Shown here: positions 48,163-49,987 of the stretch, piece by piece
Numbering within the stretch: the stretch's first letter is position 1
Layout of the letters: each line of letters begins with the position of its first letter
Source: Thelocarpon superellum
Lineage: Eukaryota
Direction of reading: 5' to 3'
NCBI GenBank assembly: GCA_026025795.1
Contig: JAPEUG010000095.1
Span: 1-49,987, forward strand
Length of the DNA stretch: 49,987 bases
Translations under genes and position numbers: made by a program
Notes under the pieces: generated by a model
The model's database searches: none
Told to the model about the DNA's origin: nothing
What the model saw: only the letters and a program-made list of their open reading frames with translations

Positions 48163-49980
48163 ATGGTCAAATACTGGAGCCTCAACACCTCGATCCGACT
48201 CACCATCGCCGGTGATGCTCCTCCACGGAGCCCAGGATCGGTGTCGCCCTTGGCTCCAGCGTCGGTAGCGCTGCGTGGTGTTCGACAGCCCCACGTCTCG
48301 GCACGAAGTCCGCAAGTCTCGAATTCATCATGTGGCTCCCGACCGTCTTCGTTGCCGCCCATCTATCTGCCCGAGGTAGCTTTGCCGCAAGCGCCGCAAG
48401 GCCATGGTGACACGTGGGACGTCTGTGACAAGGATGGGCCTGAATTCATCAGAGATCATCCTTTCTATCTAGTGAGGGCTGGCAAGGGCCTCTTTCGTGG
48501 CCTCGACACCCTGAGCCCGACCGCGACCGCGACCACGACCTCCACTCGATCCACCTTTGGCCGGCATATTCGACGTCCCATATCTCCCAGCAGCTTTTCG
48601 ACGCGCGCGTCTGGCTCCTCTACCACCTCCAAATTGACTCCCACGTCGGCGAACCAGCGGAGCGCCCATGTGCCATCTCCACGCGTGTCGCTTTCAGCAC
48701 GCTGCCCCCCTCCACCGAACCCTTTGGTCTTGCGCACACCACGGACGCTTTCGGTAGAAGTAGAATTGTCGACACGATCCTTTCCCGAGGGGCTCCCCAC
48801 AGGCTCGTCAGACGACCTCCAGGTTGTCATATTCCTCAACGGAGAATTCGCGGCAATACGTTTTGTCTCACATGAAGCTGTTCGTGACGATCTACAAGTC
48901 TCAAATTTGAGAGAAAGGTTTTCCGGCCGAAGAGCGGGCGCTGCGGTCGAGCAACAGTGGCTACTGCTTCCTCCGGGCCAGCACGGCGACAGCTCTCCTG
49001 GAACCACAAGTCGGGCTCAGTGGGAGGCGCGCAACGGGGAAAAGGAACGATGGACCAGCATTGCCAACGCGATGGCCAACGAAGCCAAGCGATGGGGAGT
49101 GGACCAGTTTGGTGCCTTAACCGACATGGGGATGCATCTCCACGACCTCAGTGCAATGCAGATGCCCGCTGAGATGGCGCAAACGCAAAGGGCTGGGCCG
49201 AAGTTCGGCGTTGTTGATGTCGTCATATTGAATGGAAGCGGTCAAGTTCTGAAGGGCTTCGTGCAAGGGCTGGAACGACAGCTCGATCTTGAGCCTGAAG
49301 AGTCGAAGCCGATAATACCAGCGACGAGAACTCCCCATGCACTCGCCATCCTGCATCCAACCGCGCTCCAGCGACAATCACACAGCCCGACAGCTCCCAC
49401 TGTTGGAAGGAGCTCCTCTTTAAAATCCGCCTCAGCAACGCCTTTGCCAGTGGTGAAGGCGAAAACGAACCGGACGACGAAACCGAGAGTCCGTAAAGCG
49501 CCGCGAACGAGACATCGAAAAGACTTTCCGGCCACTATTGGGGACTCCTTACCGGCGTCTGGACCGCACGGGGAAGCCACTAACCTCGTCTTCTCGCCCG
49601 CGAGGTCGCCTCGGTCGGTGAAGAGCGGGACACCTCTTCCAAAATATTTCGTGGCGGGAGATAAGCGACCAAGAGCGTCTTCCGATGGGAAAGGGCATGG
49701 CTTACCTGGCTTACCTCGTTCACCAAAAGCTTCATCCCCGAGGTCGTTTCCAAGGCCTAATTTACCTCCAGCGCAAGATCCATGGAAGCCAGGTGACATT
49801 CATGACGGCAGCGTCGTCACTTATGCAGCCACGGTTGATAAGAGGAAGCGCGACAGTGTGGGCGATGCTCCTGCCGAAGGATCGGCGTACCAAGCCTGTC
49901 CGCTAGAGCGGCCGTGTGTCTTCAAGGCCACAGGAGTGGTGATGGCCGCGAGATTTATCGTCAGGCCCGAGGACCTGTAG
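48163..49980 (+). CDS. Hypothetical fungal protein
   Basis: 605-codon ORF with ordered blocks (DDLQVVIFLNGEF, FSGRR, FGVVDVVIL, SVVTYA, FKATGVVMAARFIV) between disordered segments; no function recognised. Confidence 0.7.
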   Translation: MVKYWSLNTSIRLTIAGDAPPRSPGSVSPLAPASVALRGVRQPHVSARSPQVSNSSCGSRPSSLPPIYLPEVALPQAPQGHGDTWDVCDKDGPEFIRDHPFYLVRAGKGLFRGLDTLSPTATATTTSTRSTFGRHIRRPISPSSFSTRASGSSTTSKLTPTSANQRSAHVPSPRVSLSARCPPPPNPLVLRTPRTLSVEVELSTRSFPEGLPTGSSDDLQVVIFLNGEFAAIRFVSHEAVRDDLQVSNLRERFSGRRAGAAVEQQWLLLPPGQHGDSSPGTTSRAQWEARNGEKERWTSIANAMANEAKRWGVDQFGALTDMGMHLHDLSAMQMPAEMAQTQRAGPKFGVVDVVILNGSGQVLKGFVQGLERQLDLEPEESKPIIPATRTPHALAILHPTALQRQSHSPTAPTVGRSSSLKSASATPLPVVKAKTNRTTKPRVRKAPRTRHRKDFPATIGDSLPASGPHGEATNLVFSPARSPRSVKSGTPLPKYFVAGDKRPRASSDGKGHGLPGLPRSPKASSPRSFPRPNLPPAQDPWKPGDIHDGSVVTYAATVDKRKRDSVGDAPAEGSAYQACPLERPCVFKATGVVMAARFIVRPEDL

Positions 49981-49987
49981 CCCGAAT

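Noticed and set aside
1..49987. Telomerase RNA template, spliceosomal snRNAs, transposase/RT/LTR signatures, secondary-metabolite backbone genes
   Set aside because: No TAACCCTAA template, U1/U2/U5/U6 signature, or such protein motifs seen by eye; an Rfam/RepeatMasker scan would be needed to exclude them fully.

Overview
GC-rich eukaryotic DNA from a filamentous ascomycete (Pezizomycotina-type genes with short GT-AG introns and CTRAC/CTRAT branch points). About 16 protein-coding genes: 5'-truncated SWR1, Nam8/Ngr1 RRM protein, a conserved hypothetical, SomA/Som1 (LisH, Flo8-like), BET3, U5-40K WD40, group III hybrid histidine kinase (NIK1/OS-1), RPS24, EFM3-like methyltransferase, an orphan ORF, a Zn2Cys6 factor, cyclophilin-RRM (Rct1/PPIL4), UAP1, Gis2/Byr3, RRP7 and a terminal hypothetical. 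I found no rRNA, tRNA, CRISPR array or intact transposon. The most interesting signal is in the Nam8-like gene. Removing a 59-nt intron creates both an in-frame stop (AAG|TAA) and a new donor (G|TAAGA), and that donor joins in exactly the right phase to an otherwise orphaned terminal exon about 700 nt downstream. This is a [D1,2] stwintron-like switch between short and long isoforms of a splicing regulator. Other signals: recurrent intergenic GTAC-N2/3-GTAC dyads, a 56-bp palindrome, a box C/D-like structured element, several 9-12 nt micro-exons, and a possible non-AUG N-terminal extension of UAP1. All gene models and family calls were made by eye and are not database-verified.
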